Source of the DNA: Amphiscolops sp. MND2022
Lineage: Eukaryota
Length of the DNA stretch: 64,000 nt
Reading direction: 5' to 3'
Assembly: GCA_964187785.1 (NCBI GenBank)
Contig: OZ076409.1
Span: 84,136,001-84,200,000, forward strand
The notes beneath the pieces are model-generated. The model had not been told where the DNA came from. It saw only the letters and a list, made by a program, of their open reading frames with translations, and searched no databases. Each line of letters opens with the position of its first letter. Positions within the stretch are counted from its first letter, which is position 1. A program made the translations under genes and the position numbers. Of this stretch, positions 1 to 13,243 are shown in pieces.

Positions 1-3000
1 ACAATAGTTTTACAAGTTCAATAAATTAGTAACTTCTACCACTGCTCTTTGTCTAGTGATCAGTACGTGCGTTCGAGTCTCGCACTAAACCAAAATTTTT
101 TATCTTTGCAAACGTAGGGAGAGACCAAAGGTCCCCTTAAAGTTTTTTCCGCACGATGCGACTTTTTTCAGAAGTTTCTTCAATCGAAGGGATTTGAAGC
201 CTAGCCCACTTTTTTTATTTTTAAAAGGGTCAAAGCGTTTTGGAAAATTAGTGAAAATCTCAACAAATCGACTTGAATACAAACCAGAAAGCTTCAGTTT
301 TAAATTTGTTCTCAGGGTGACAGTTTATGATTCAGATACAAACTTTGTTCACACTTTTTCCCTATGTAGTCACGCATTTTTGATGAAGAAATCAAGAGCT
401 TCCTGTTTTGAGTCATCATTAAACGCTTAATACGAACATGATTAGAGTCAAAATGTGTGAACAATGTTTTGTTCAAGCGGGAAACTACTCTAATAGAAGT
501 TAACTTCCTGCTATGAAAGAAGGTTTTACTTTTTATTAGGCTAGTCTAAAGTTTTTAAAGAAAGTTATTTTCAAAAATTTTGGTGGGGGGGGGGAACAGA
601 AAAGAGCCCGAAAAAGTGACCTCATTGTTTTTTTTGGTCTTGCGGATGAGAGTTTTCTCAACAATTGTGGAAATGACTTACGGTATCTTTGGCACCTTGT
701 GACTTTTTCTTTTAAAAATTTTCAATTGCTCAAAGTGTACCCGCTTCACTTTAATGAATGTTTTTGGCTTTAAAAATCGTTTTGCAAGCGCAAAGCTCCT
801 TTTTGGGTTCCTTGAGGCGGTAAAGGAGTTGGAAACTAATTAAAGCATTGAAAAAAAATACTTTATTGTTGTAGGATACTCTGCACGATTTATGGACTAC
901 TTTTAGCTATATTTCTCAGATACCATTTTTTCTCTGGTCATTGCGTACAATTAGGACCCTAATATGATGTAGAGTGAATTTTAAAAATTTCGTTTAAATC
1001 GTATGGATTTCCGTGGTTATTCTTGGATTAATTCTGGCTATGTTTCTCAGATCCCAAAAAAAGGATTTTCATGTCATTTTGCACGTGGGAGCAACTTTGA
1101 GTGAGATTAACTGTGCAAGATTTTATGAAAATGGCACGGACAGGCAAAAAAAGGTACGAGTGCAAAAGTAGTAAAATTATTTTTAATGAGCTTTTTGTGT
1201 TTCTAGTTGAAAAATGCTTTTCAAGTTTTATGCGTGTCCCTTCGGGGTTTTTGGGAACTGAAAAATTATTGAAGTTTCAACCATAGTGTTCTTTGTTTTT
1301 TTAGACAATTTGGTTTTAACATATTTGGTTTTTAATACACTTGGTTTTAACATGTTTAAGAAAATTGACTTGTTGATCATCGGAACGGCCCTTTGGCCAA
1401 GTATGTTAAAATTTTCATGAGCTACGATATCCACAAAATTCAACGAGAAAACATTTAACTTCCCAATGCGACTTTTTAAAATCCCTCAAAGTTCAAGGTC
1501 GAAACACAAACATATTTAACGAATTAGTAAATAGGAAAAACGAGTTTAAAGAATAGAAATAGTCCATAAAGTCAGAAGAAAGAGCAAATTTTTTTCATTT
1601 TTTACAACGTTGTGGACTTTTCGTTCATTTTTTGTTTTTTCTTTCGTGGGTTTGAACATCCAGAGTATTCACCACCAACAAAGTTAGCTACTAAACATAC
1701 TCGTGATCAGTGTGGTGAGTTTTTTCGGAAAGGAGATAAACTGAACCGAAAAGTTCCAAACTTAACAAGTTTTGGTTAATGTTATGTTTTTGCTGCTTTA
1801 TATGCTGTTTTTCTACAATTTTTGGATGTTTCGCAGTTATGAGTTTCCACGGAATTCAGCAACAATGAAATTGCTTTAAACATATACTTTAAGCGCCAGA
1901 ATGAAAAAAAAGTAAAAATTACCAAATTGTGAACTTTGTGTTGATTCAGAACGTTGTTTTTTGCATAAGTATCTTTTTACGCTATTTCTTTTTCAAACAT
2001 TGTTGTTGCAAATTAGTTCAGTGCGGAGTTTATCCTGGTGCTAAGTGGTCATCTTCCTACAATGAAAACTGATTTTTACAGCATATATATGCTAAACTGG
2101 AAGCTTTCATTGCGTCACTACGGAGTTGTTCGAGCACATTTTTAGCAACAACAGAAAATTGCACACTCCACTTATCGGACACCTGAAATTTGAATACTTA
2201 TATCAGTTCACTACTACGTGGGGATGCTCTCCAATGTTTTTTCTGCAATTTAAGCATGATCATGACTCAAATAGAGACAACTCAATTAACATTATGACTG
2301 CCTGTAAACGTTGGTTTAGCGATCACCTGTCAATAAACGCTGAATAACCGGGTCACGTGAAAAAGATCCTGAATAGCACAAATCTCGACGACAAACCATA
2401 CAATGACATCGTTTTTAGACTGCAGACAATTATGCGACTGTACTGCTAAGGAGCAACGGACGAACTGTTCTTGGTCCCTCTGAACAAAAGATGTTCGGCC
2501 ACATGTGTAAACAAGAAGAACGAACCCAAAAGAATAGCACTCACTATTGCAATATCTTCAACTGCAACAAGGACACGAGAGATCGGCAGCACAGCAAAAA
2601 AGCCTAATCACAAAGACAATCACTATTACAGCTGCATACAATGCCAACAAAGGTATAAACTACCACTAACCACGTTTATGTCGTCGACGTTTCTTCGACG
2701 TCGACGCAAAAATGAAGATTCACCGGTAGACTCGCTCTCAGTACTCTTGCTCGTAGTCACGCTCGCAAACTGGTATGTCTTCTCTATCTTTTTTTCTCAA
2801 AATCGGGTCGAAATCCGAGTCTTTGGGGGTTGAAACTATCGGCGAGACCGAGTTGGCACAATACAACTAGCTTCAGACGGGGTCGCAACGGAAGGATCAT
2901 CCGGGGGATATCCGTTCGCAGTTTCAGTATAGACTGAAACCTGAAAAGAAATTCATCACGCGTCAAAACACCTAGTCGACACGTACAAGTGGTAGCAGGT

Positions 3001-5021
3001 TATGGCCAATCAACGAAAGAACGAAAGTTCGATGTTACGGGCTCTGGAAGTCTAAAAAGGGGCTGGAAATTCTAAAAAGAGAATAACCATGGCAACTGGA
3101 AGAGGAACAAATTTATCGTCACTAAGACGGATCTCAGCCAGAAAAAGTTGATACTGAGTTTTTAGTCCACACTAAGTTAGCGTCACGACCTGATCGAGAG
3201 GGCATTTACGAGGCAGAACGTGATTTTGACGTTCCCAGTTACACGAGATTCTGAAAAGAAATAAAAATGAAATATTCCACTTCAGAAAGACGTAAACGTG
3301 ACGTCAACAAAATGAAGACAAAGAAGAAATGAAACAAACATGTAAAAGTCATTAAAAAGGCGTCGCCGACAAAAAAAAACAAATGAATCGGCAAGCAATG
3401 AAATGACGGGAGAACACTTTCCGCGATCCTGAAAGAGAAACTTTTGTATGACAGAAACAGTCGACCCAAACGAACAGAAACTGCGAAACTTTCCCTTTGT
3501 TTTTGTCTACCCAACAAGAATCCTTCGTCCTATGACAGTGGCGCTGTCAGGGTTCAAACCCGCACTGGCTTGAAAACAAGAGTAGCACTAAAAGTATAAA
3601 TTTATGTCAGCGCTACGTCAATAATTTACTAAAAAGGATTAGTCTCATTTTCGCCACTGTCCCGTCAAAGCGCTGCAAGATATTTCAAGATACGTTGTTG
3701 CTATATCACTGAAATGGCAGCGAGGCCTGTTCAAGTTTACGTCAGCTTCACGTCAACAGGGGTTACTAACTAAGATAGAAATCGAATCTACATCATCACT
3801 TCGTCACAAAATAGTCAATTAGGCCCGAAATTGACACGATGTCTGCACTTGTCGCAAATTAGGCAATTAGGCTTGAGTTTGAAACTACGTCAGCTTTACG
3901 TTGCAAAAGAAACAATTAAGCGTGAACTTGAATGTAGGTCAACGCTAGGTCAACAAGTATGCTGGATGTTAATTATTCATAATTTCACGATAAAGTTGCG
4001 TCAAACCGAAACGGAATATGATGTTTACATTAGGATTTTCCGGTTTAACTTAGAAGTTATGCGTTTTAACATGGTTTAATTATTAGAGTCACAGCGTGTC
4101 CAATTTGTAGTGTTAACGTGAAATTCAAGCAAAGTCCTTGATTGTATTGTTTAAACAAACTGTTTGATACATACATTTTTACAGTCGTTTTTAATGATTG
4201 ATTGAAATGGTTTGTTTTGTACATTATGTATTAGTCCCTGCTACTTTTTACCAGTTTCTCAAGTTTGTTTCATACAGAGCGTTGACGAGTTGGTAATCAG
4301 TGTTGGTCATAAATCCATGAACGCTGTTTATTGTTATGAAACCTTAATCGTGGCTCATTGAACTGTTTTGATTCATCAAGTTCGAAATAAAGATGTCGAA
4401 TTACTTTTCTTAGCATATCCGTTATTAGATGATTCATAAGGTTTCATAAGATGGTTGTTCACGTCAACGTGAGCATCGCGTTATTTTTCCGCCCTCTCAA
4501 CTTGCAAAATAGGAAGTTTCAGGATGTTTCCAGTTTGGTGAAACGAAGTAAAATCTACTTCCTGCTTGTAAAAACGACACTGAAATGAACTAATATGATG
4601 ACGACAAGTGATGTCTATTAATAAAACAAGCCGGGAACGGCCCAAGTAGGCGCCATATCTGAGGCTCAAAAATAGCAAAAGGACTTCAAAGTGTCAAGTA
4701 TTCTCTGCTACAGTACCCGCATGATAAAAAAATGAAAAAAAAACATTTTTTTTCGAAGTTTTTTCCACACTCTTTTTGGTTTCCGATAAGTCGCATGGTG
4801 CCAAAAAATGTAGAAGGGGATTCAAAAGAGCCTAATTAACCTCTATCCCAAGTGCCAGTAGAAGTAGTGTGGCATTTAGTGTTAGTTCAAGTAAGCTTAT
4901 GAAGCTTATAAAATCTGTCAGTTCGTTGGTCCTAAAAAATCACTACGATAGTGTAAAAAGAGGCTGGAAATTCTTTAAAAAAGAATAACCAGGGCAACTG
5001 GGAGAGGAACAAACTTATCGT

Positions 5022-5597
5022 CACGAAGACGGATCTCAGCCAGAGAAAATTGACACTGAGTTTTTCCTCCACACAAAGTTAGCGTCAAGACCTGATCGAG
5101 AAGGCATTTACGAGGCAGAACGTGATTTTGAAATTTCCGGTTACACGAGATTCTGAAAAGAAATGGAAATAAAATATTCCACTTCAAAAAGACGTAAACG
5201 TGACGTCAACAAAAAGAAGACATAGAAGAAATGAAACAAACAGGTAACAGCCGATAGAAAGGCGTCGCTGACAAAAAAACAAAAGAATCGACAAGAAATG
5301 AAATGACGGGAGAACATTTTCCGCGATCCTGAAAGAGAAACTTTTGTATGACAGAAACACTCAACCCAAACGAACAGAAACTGCAAAACCTTCCCTTCGT
5401 TTCTGCCTACCTAAGTCACGTTTACGTCTTTTCGAAGTGGAATATTTCATTTCTATTTCTTTTCAGAATCTCGTGTAACCGGAAATTTCAAAATCACGTT
5501 CTGCCTCGTAAATGCCCTCTCGATCAGGTCTCGACGCTAACTTTGTGTGGAGGAAAAACTCAGTATCAATTTTTTCTGGCTGAGATCCGTCTTAGTG
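5022..5597. repeat. Inverted repeat with 183-bp arms (5022-5204 and 5415-5597)
   Basis: 5415-5597 (gtcacgtttacgtc...gatccgtcttagtg) is close to the reverse complement of 5022-5204. Absent from tandem copy 1. Confidence 0.9.
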
Positions 5598-6692
5598 GCG
5601 CTGTCAGGGTCCAAATCCGCACTGGCTTGAAGACAAATGTAGCACTAAAAGTATAAATTTATGTCAGCGCTACGTCAATAATTTACCTAAAAAATTAGTC
5701 TCCTTTACGCCACTGTCCCGTTAGGGCGCTGCAAGATTTTTCAAGTTTCGTCGTTGCTACATCACTAAAATGGCAGCGAGGCCTGTTCAAGTTTACGTCA
5801 GCTTCACGTCAACAGGGGTTACTAACTAAGATAAAAATCGAATCTACATCATCACTACGTCACAAATTAGGCAATTAGGCCCAAAATTGACACGATGTCT
5901 GCACTTGTCGCAAATTAGGCAATTAGGCTTGAGTTTGAAACTACGTCAGCTTTACGTTGCAAAAGAAACAATTAAGCGTGAACTTGAATGTAGGTCAACG
6001 CTAGGTCAACAAGTATGCTGGATGTTAGGTGATTGATAATTTCACGATGAAGTTGCGTCAAACCGAAACGGAATATGATGTTTACATTAGGATTTTCCTG
6101 TTTAACTTAGAAGTTATGCGTTTTACCACGGTTTAGTTAATGAAGTCACAGCTGGTCCAATTTGTAGTGTTAAATTGAAATTCAAACGATGTCCTTGATT
6201 GTATTTTTTAAACAAACTGTTTGATACATACCTTTCTTACAGTCGTTTGTAATGAATGATTGAAATGGTTTTTTTTGTACATATTGTATTAGTCCCTGCT
6301 TCTTTGTACCAGTTTCTCAAGTTTGTTTCTTACAGAGCGTTGACGAGGTGGTAATCAATGCTGGTCATAAATCCATGAACGCTATTTATTGTAATAAAAC
6401 CTCAATCGTGGCTCATTGAACTGTTTTGATTCATCAATTTCGAAATAAAGTTGTCGAATTACTTTTCAAAGCAAATCCGTTATTAGATGATTCATGAAAT
6501 TTCTTGTTTGGAAAACAGAATTGAAAGATGGTTGTTCACGTCAACGTGAGCATCGCGTTATTTTTTGCCGCCCTCTCAACTTGCAAAATAGGAAGTTCTA
6601 GTTTGTTTCCAGTAGGTAAAATCTACTTCCTGCTTGTAAAAACGACACTGGAATGAACTAATATGATGACGACAAGTGATGTCTATTAATAA

Positions 6693-7058
6693 AACAAGCC
6701 GGGAACGGCCCAAGTCGGCGCCATATCTATGGCTCAAAAATAGCAAAAGGACTTCAAAGTGTCAAGTATTCTCTGCTACAGTACCCGCATGAGAAAAAAA
6801 TTGAAAAAAAAACATTTTTTTTCGAAGTTTTTTCCACACTCTTTTTGGTTTCCGATAAGTCGCATGGTGCCGAAAAATGTAGAAGGGGGTTCAAAAGAGC
6901 CTAATTAACCTCTATCTCAAGTGCCAGTAGAAGTAGTGTGGCATTTAGTGTTAGCTCAAGTCAGCTTATAAAGATTATAAAATCGGTCACTCCGTTGGTC
7001 TTAAAAAAGAAAAGTCACCACTATAGTCTGTGTTTTTCTACGAAAATGCGCCGACTAA
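6693..7058 (-). mobile_element. Helentron-like non-autonomous element (HINE/DINE-1 type), family 1; truncated sister copy at ~4625-4952
   Basis: On +: aacaa-GCCG-ggaa-CGGC hairpin, then subTIR AGTCGGCGC; the other end is 'actatagtc...GCGCCGACT-aa'. Sits in A/T tracts with no TSD. Confidence 0.7.
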
Positions 7059-7847
7059 TAAATAGAGATACTATGAAAATGGACGGACGTAGCACGAAAT
7101 TTTAACAGACTTCTGAAACGGAAATCGCAGGAAATTGCTAAAGTCTCGACTAAATGTATATTAGTCCGTAACATCTGTTGTGTTTGTTAGTTTTCGACTT
7201 TTTTTGTACTTCTGATGACAGAAAAAACAACGAATTTTACAAGTCCAAAGAGCCCAAAAAAAGAACAAATTGTCTTTTTTTGGCACCAGGATATTCACAC
7301 GCGTTTCTTTCAAAAGTTTTTCTTGGAGCTTTGAAGTAACTTTGCACTTCTGCTGTTACGAGCTGTTGAAGTTCAAAGTTACCCCTGTGATATGAATAAA
7401 GACAGCATCAACTAGTCACAAAAACTCAAGTGTAAACTACGAATATTGAAAAACAAAGTTTCGAGCTGGCAATAGCCATTTTGAAGATTTGTCGATGATT
7501 TGCGGATACCATGAATTGTACTACTGGCCTTTAGGGAAACAGCCTTTGGGTACAACCCTTCTGTAATTTCCACTTTAAATTATAGGTTTCGAAGTTTTAA
7601 AAATGCATTTAGATATTTAGAAAATATGTGCTTTAGAGGACCGGTTCAAAAGATTTTGAAATAATCTGTTGAACAGAGAAAACAATATGCATCAATGAAC
7701 AGATAAATCTGCTTCAAGAGCACCGTCTACGGTGTGCCGCTAGAATCTGTCATGATTTTTTTCATCTTCAATAATGATGAATTACTACATGCTGCAAAAT
7801 CACGCGTAACCCTTCTTCCTGATTACACTTCTATTTTAGAACGGATC

Positions 7848-10800
7848 TGTGGTAGAGGTCTAAAGGTCAAAACAAATGATGCTAACATTCAATTAATTCA
7901 TCTACTGTAAACATCATTTATGTACCTGCCAAAACTGTCGTCGAAACGACATGCGGCAAAACCATTGCAGCAAGTTGCCTTAATACATTACAGTTGATCT
8001 GAATTGAAACATTTGTTACTTCGCAGTTTTGCTACAACATGGCGCTGCGAGCAAATCATTCGAAAGAAAGCAGCTCAAAAGATGAAAGTTCTGCGGTTGC
8101 GGGTTTATCCCAATACTGGCATGATCCACAGAAAAAGCCAAATATCGAGTAGCGAAAATGGAGCGATCTCTTCGCTGTTGCAATGACAGCAAAATATTCA
8201 ATTGCAATCTCAGAAGTATTGAGAGTCGTTACAAACGAACAAGAAAGAAACAAGGCCCTCTTGAACAACTTGGATCTCGCAGAGAGGAAGTGCGTCAGCG
8301 TGCTTTATTTATCATTGGGATATGCAGCAAGAAAGACATTCATGGACAAATATCCCGCCGCGAAAATTGCAGAAATCTCATTGAGAGCTCTAATGCAAAA
8401 CTGTAAAGAAACCTTCGATATAAAGAAAAATCGCACTTTGGGTAGATTCCGTTTCTTGTCCAGAAAACAAATGCCAGCAGAATCACTCGAACAATTCTGG
8501 CACTCATTGAACGGGATGGCAGCAGAGTGCGACTTTGGCGGTCAAACTGAAAGTTTAGTGCATGATATCTTTATATTAAACATGAAGAATTTAACAGTCC
8601 AAGAGAAACTCTGCACCGAACCAAAGGCCACACCAAGAGAAGCTCTAGAATTCGCCATCGCATTTGAAGAAGGCTCCCTACGACAAAAATCGTATGGAGA
8701 ATCCAAGATTGAAATAAAGTCAGAACCAGTTTGCAACATAAATAGAAAGAAAGATTGTCTTCGCTGCGGAATGGAGAACTTTACAATGGAGCACTTGAAG
8801 GTGTGTCGCGCAAAAGGCAAACAATGTAACAAGTGCGGAATGACAGGCCACTTCGGAAAGGTTTGTAAATGAGTCCAAAAACAAGGACAACAAAAACAAC
8901 CGCCGCGAAGGGTAAACTTAGTAGCAGAAGAAGAACAAAAACAATCAGATGACGACGACAGCAGCGAAGAGCAATATGTACTGGGTATTGACGGAGGCGG
9001 ATCTCCTCCATTCATGATGAAAGGAAGAATAAACCGAAAGAAAATCTGTTTAATGATAGATTAGGGGTCCCCAGTAACTATCATTAGCCGCGACGAATTA
9101 CAAAGAATTCTGCAATATGAGGTGTTATTCGTTAGACCACTCCCAGAAAACGAAAAATATATTGACTACAACAAACAACCGGTCAATTTACTGGGATACA
9201 TCTTTTGCGAGCTGGAAGTAGGCGGCAAATACATCAGAAAAGCGAGAATTCTAGTAGCACGTCCAGGAGCAAAGTCCATCGTGGGACGTGATTGGCTGAA
9301 CTATTTACAATACGCCATTGAACCAAAAACAAAAGGTAAGTTGAATAACTCCATAAATATCATAAATAACGAAACACAAAAACCAATAAAAAAGTGGAAC
9401 ATTGAAATGAAAAAGAAAATCCCTGACTTGTTTGCAAGAAATGGACGGATAAAACACCATAAAATCCATGCACGATTGCATGAAAGGGCAGTGATAAAAC
9501 AACTAAAAGGACGCAGAGTGCCCATCCAGCTTCAGGACGCAGTAAAGAAAGAAATCAAAAGAAAACTCCAAGAAGGCCACATAGTTAAATTGGGGGAGAT
9601 AAAGGAAGACGTATTCCTCCAACAAACAGTGATCACTGTCAAAAAGGACCGAAGCGTGAAAATCGCATTGGAAGCTAAATAAAAACGTCGTAAAGGATAA
9701 ATACCCAATGCCAAGATTGGACAACCTCATGGATATGATAGCAGAACAAGTGGGCAAAGACAAAACAAGAAAGACATTCTTCACAACACTGGATTTAACA
9801 TACGCATATGGACAGGTAGAACTCAGTGAAGATACCGCAAAACATTGTAACTTCCAAGTGGTTGGCGGCGAAGCGACAGGAGTATATAGATTCGTGACTG
9901 GATTCTATGGACTAACAACCATGCCAACAGAGTTTCAAAGAATAATGGACCTCACACTCACAGGTATTTCAAATACATTCGCATTCATCGACGACATTCT
10001 TATCGTCACACATGGAACTGAAGAAGAACATATCAAAAAAGTAATTGAAGTACTCAGAAGATTAGACGAAGCGAATGTAAATTTGAAACTAGATAAATGC
10101 ACCTTCGCGGCGGACAACATCGAATGGGTTGGATATAAATTGTCACAACAAGGCGTCTCACCGGTAAACAGTAAAGTACAAGGAATTTCAGATAGATTAA
10201 AACCAACGAACCTTAAACAAATGAGATCATACTTAGGAGCAGTCAACCAATTTAACAAATTCATTCCCAACTTGGCAACAATTTGTTTTCCCTTCAGAAC
10301 GCCTTTAAAAAAGGATACAAATTGGGAATGGAAAAATGAACAAGAAAAAGCATTTGAACAAGTAAATAACGAAATCAAAAAAGTAACAGAATTAAACCAT
10401 TTTAAAAGAGACTGCTCTCTTAGAATAATTTGTGACGCCAGTAAATCTGGCCTAGGGGCCGTTCTACAACAAGAAGAAAATGGTGAATGGAAACCATTAT
10501 CCTTCGCTTCCAGATTCTTAACAGAACTCGAAGCAAAATACTCTATTAACGAACTCGAGTTACTCGCCATCGTGTGGTCCGTAGAATACTTTCGTAACTA
10601 CGTTTACGGAGTAAAGTTTAAAATAATATCAGACCATAAAGCACTCGCAACTGTCCTCAAAGGACACAAAGGAAAGAAAACATATTCTAGCAGACTCACA
10701 CGATGGGTCGACCGACTTTTACCATTCGAATTTGAGGTTATACACGGCCCAGGAAGAAACTTAGGAATAGCGGATTATTTGTCAAGAAACCCAACAGAAC

Positions 10801-13243
10801 AAAACGAAAGTACAATAAAAGCTAAAACACTATGGGATGAGTGGTTTACTGTTAATATTGTTTCAGAAATGAAGAACAAATTCTTGACAAATCCAAACGC
10901 AATTCGCGGGGAACAACAGCCAATCAAAATCGAGAACGACACAGCGGAACAGAAAAGTGAGAACGCAAACAACGACGCCGCGGCGACGTTTAAACAAACA
11001 ATAAAGAACACTCTTACAGATACATCAAACAATACAGCCAGCACAATGAACGAGAACGACGAACAAAAACAACTACAAGAACGTGCAATAAAACCTCCAG
11101 TAAAACGTCCGTTTACATTAGCAATAGTGGACAAAAGTTCAAAAATCCCGTTGAAATCCAGTATCCAAAGGATCGGAGAGAATATCCTCGCTGGGACCTA
11201 CGAGTCAGACCAAACACTACAAACAGTCATACAATTGTTAAAGCAATTCGACACAAAGAAATGCAAGAAGTTACCAAAAGTGTGGCAAAACAGATTCAAA
11301 GAGTTCAGTCTCGACGAGAACAATTTCATTTACGTAGACGAACGCTTAGCAATTCCAGAAGAACTGAGACGTCCCATGTTTCGCAGCCTGCATTGGGGCC
11401 ATCCAGGACGAGATGCCATGCTGCAAGCAGTCGCAGACATCTGGTGGCCACAAATCCACCGCGAAATCGTCCTCCTGGCACAGACATGCAACCAATGTCA
11501 ACAATCAGGTAAAAACTTAAAAACAATATTACCACAAACAAATTACGGAAAACTCCCCGAAGCGGAAAAATTTAACGACGAACTAGCGTTAGATTTTGCA
11601 GGACCATTTAAATCAGCATCGAAGAATGAACAATATTTACTCGTCGCAATAGATCATAAAACTAATTGGCCAAGCGCAAAATTTACCAGTAGACCCACAG
11701 CCGAAAAAGTAACTTCATTTCTAAACGAATATATCGCACAATACGGTATACCAAAAAGAATTAGAACTGACCCAGCTACAATATTTCGCGGCGACATTTT
11801 TAAACAATTTTGCAAAAAATTTTTCATAAAACACATCGAGTGCCCAATCCGTGACCACCGCGGAAACGGAAAAATTGAGCGATTAATCCGCACAATAAAT
11901 GAACGCATTCGAGCAGAAAAATTATTCTTAACCGAAAAAGGAAACGCTGAAATTTCACGCCTCCTATTCGCCCTCCGCACAACCGCCGCAACCAACAACA
12001 ACAGCCCGTTTGACAAGGTGTTCGGTCAAAAACCAAACACCATAAAGAACCTATTAATAGAAAAACCCAAATCTTGTTTAGAAAATGACAACGCCCTCCA
12101 ACTGTCCCCAGAAGACTTCCCGAAAGATGATGATTCCACAATCATCATGCGAAACAAAACAAGGAATACCAAGCTAGAAGGACAGTTCGCAAAGAAGAAA
12201 GGCCATATAGTATCAGAATCCGAACACACTATCACAATGGCCACACCGAGAGGACGACAAGTCATCTCCAAAAGAGATGTAGCAAAATTGAAAAAACCAA
12301 AAAGTGCATCACATAGCCCTCAAACAAAACAAACAAAACAACAAAAGGAAACAGCCACTCCTTAGAAAGAAAAATAGCAGCACTGAAAGAAGCAGCGAGA
12401 AAACAAGAACAAGAACCCACCGCGAAAACCGACTACAAACGGAAAGACATCCCCAAACCAATACGATAAACAAATAATCCACGAAAACAAATAAAACCTC
12501 GAAAATCACCCCCGGTTTCTCCCGAAACAAAACCTGAAGAAATGAATCTCTTCGACCAATCATCTGACGAAGAAGAAACCCAAAAACAAAAAGAAGAAAT
12601 ACAGATAGAGAAAGAAGAAAAAACTACAAAACAAGATGAACCAATAACATCCAAAAAAGAACAAACACCCGCAAGACTCAGCCAACGAATCAAGAAAAAA
12701 CCCAACTGGTATGGTCAAAACGTAATGATTCAAAAGCTGGAGGAAGATGAGAAAGAGAAAAGCGACACCGAAAAAAGCGAAACAAAAACTGAAGAAGACC
12801 TTCGCCGCGAACTGGAAGCCATTCCAGACTTCTTGAAAATGACCCCAGAAGAGATCTAAAATTGGATAAATGAGTAAACTGAAAACAAACAAAAAACAAA
12901 CTTGTTTAGCATAGTGCTAAAAACTTTGAGTTACTATTGTAATTGTGTTCGTATATGTAATCTGTTATTATACATTGCACACCATAGTACTTATTAACCG
13001 GTGCAATGATAAATTAAACTTACCTCTCAAAGAACCCTACAGAAGGGGGAATATGGTAGAGGTCTAAAGGTCAAAACAAATGATGCTAACATTCAATTAA
13101 TTCATCTACTGTAAACATCCTTTATGTACCTGCCAAAACTGTCGTCGAAACGACATGCGGCAAAACCATTGCAGCAAGTTGCCTTATTACATTACAGTTG
13201 ATCTGAATTGAAACATTTGTTACTTCGCAGTTTTGCTACAACA
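7848..13243 (+). mobile_element. Gypsy-1: full-length Ty3/Gypsy LTR retrotransposon (Mag-like), coding-defective
   Basis: 192-bp LTRs at 7848-8039 and 13052-13243 with 3 differences. TSD GGATC at 7843-7847 and 13244-13248. PBS TGGCGCTGCGAGC at 8040; PPT AGAAGGGGGAA at 13041-13051. Domain order gag-PR-RT-RH-IN. Confidence 0.97.
8039..12859 (+). pseudogene. Gypsy-1 gag-pol, disrupted; largest intact piece 9708-12365 (RT-RNaseH-integrase)
   Basis: Double Cys/His knuckle (CLRC..H...C, CNKCGMTGHFGKVC). Protease ID*GS carries a stop. RT FIDD; RNase H CDAS/ELEL/SDH; integrase HPG..C..C, DFAGP, RTDP, IERL. In-frame stops near 8150, 8870 and 9062; deletion near 9680; frameshifts in the C-terminal tail. 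Confidence 0.93.

Larger units (their letters stand above)
3053..7058 (+). repeat. Diverged tandem duplication: copy 1 ~3053-4952, copy 2 ~4954-7058
   Basis: Colinear matches throughout, e.g. 'taaaaag.ggctggaaattct' near 3053 and 4954, and 'gcactaaaagtataaatttatgtcagcgctacgtc' near 3584 and 5643. Both copies end in a HINE-1 element. Scattered substitutions and indels between copies. Confidence 0.9.

Noticed and set aside
100..2400. Short ORFs in AT-rich repeat relics, here and throughout the window
   Set aside because: Mostly TTG/GTG starts, Phe/Lys-rich, no domains or consistent splice signals.
3815..3875. TTAGGC repeats as interstitial telomere
   Set aside because: Only two or three copies with spacers, inside a duplicated repeat.
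8542..12899. Minus-strand ORFs within Gypsy-1 (likewise in Gypsy-2) as env-like or accessory genes
   Set aside because: Phe/Leu/Ser-rich mirror of the A-rich coding strand; not conserved between the two elements.
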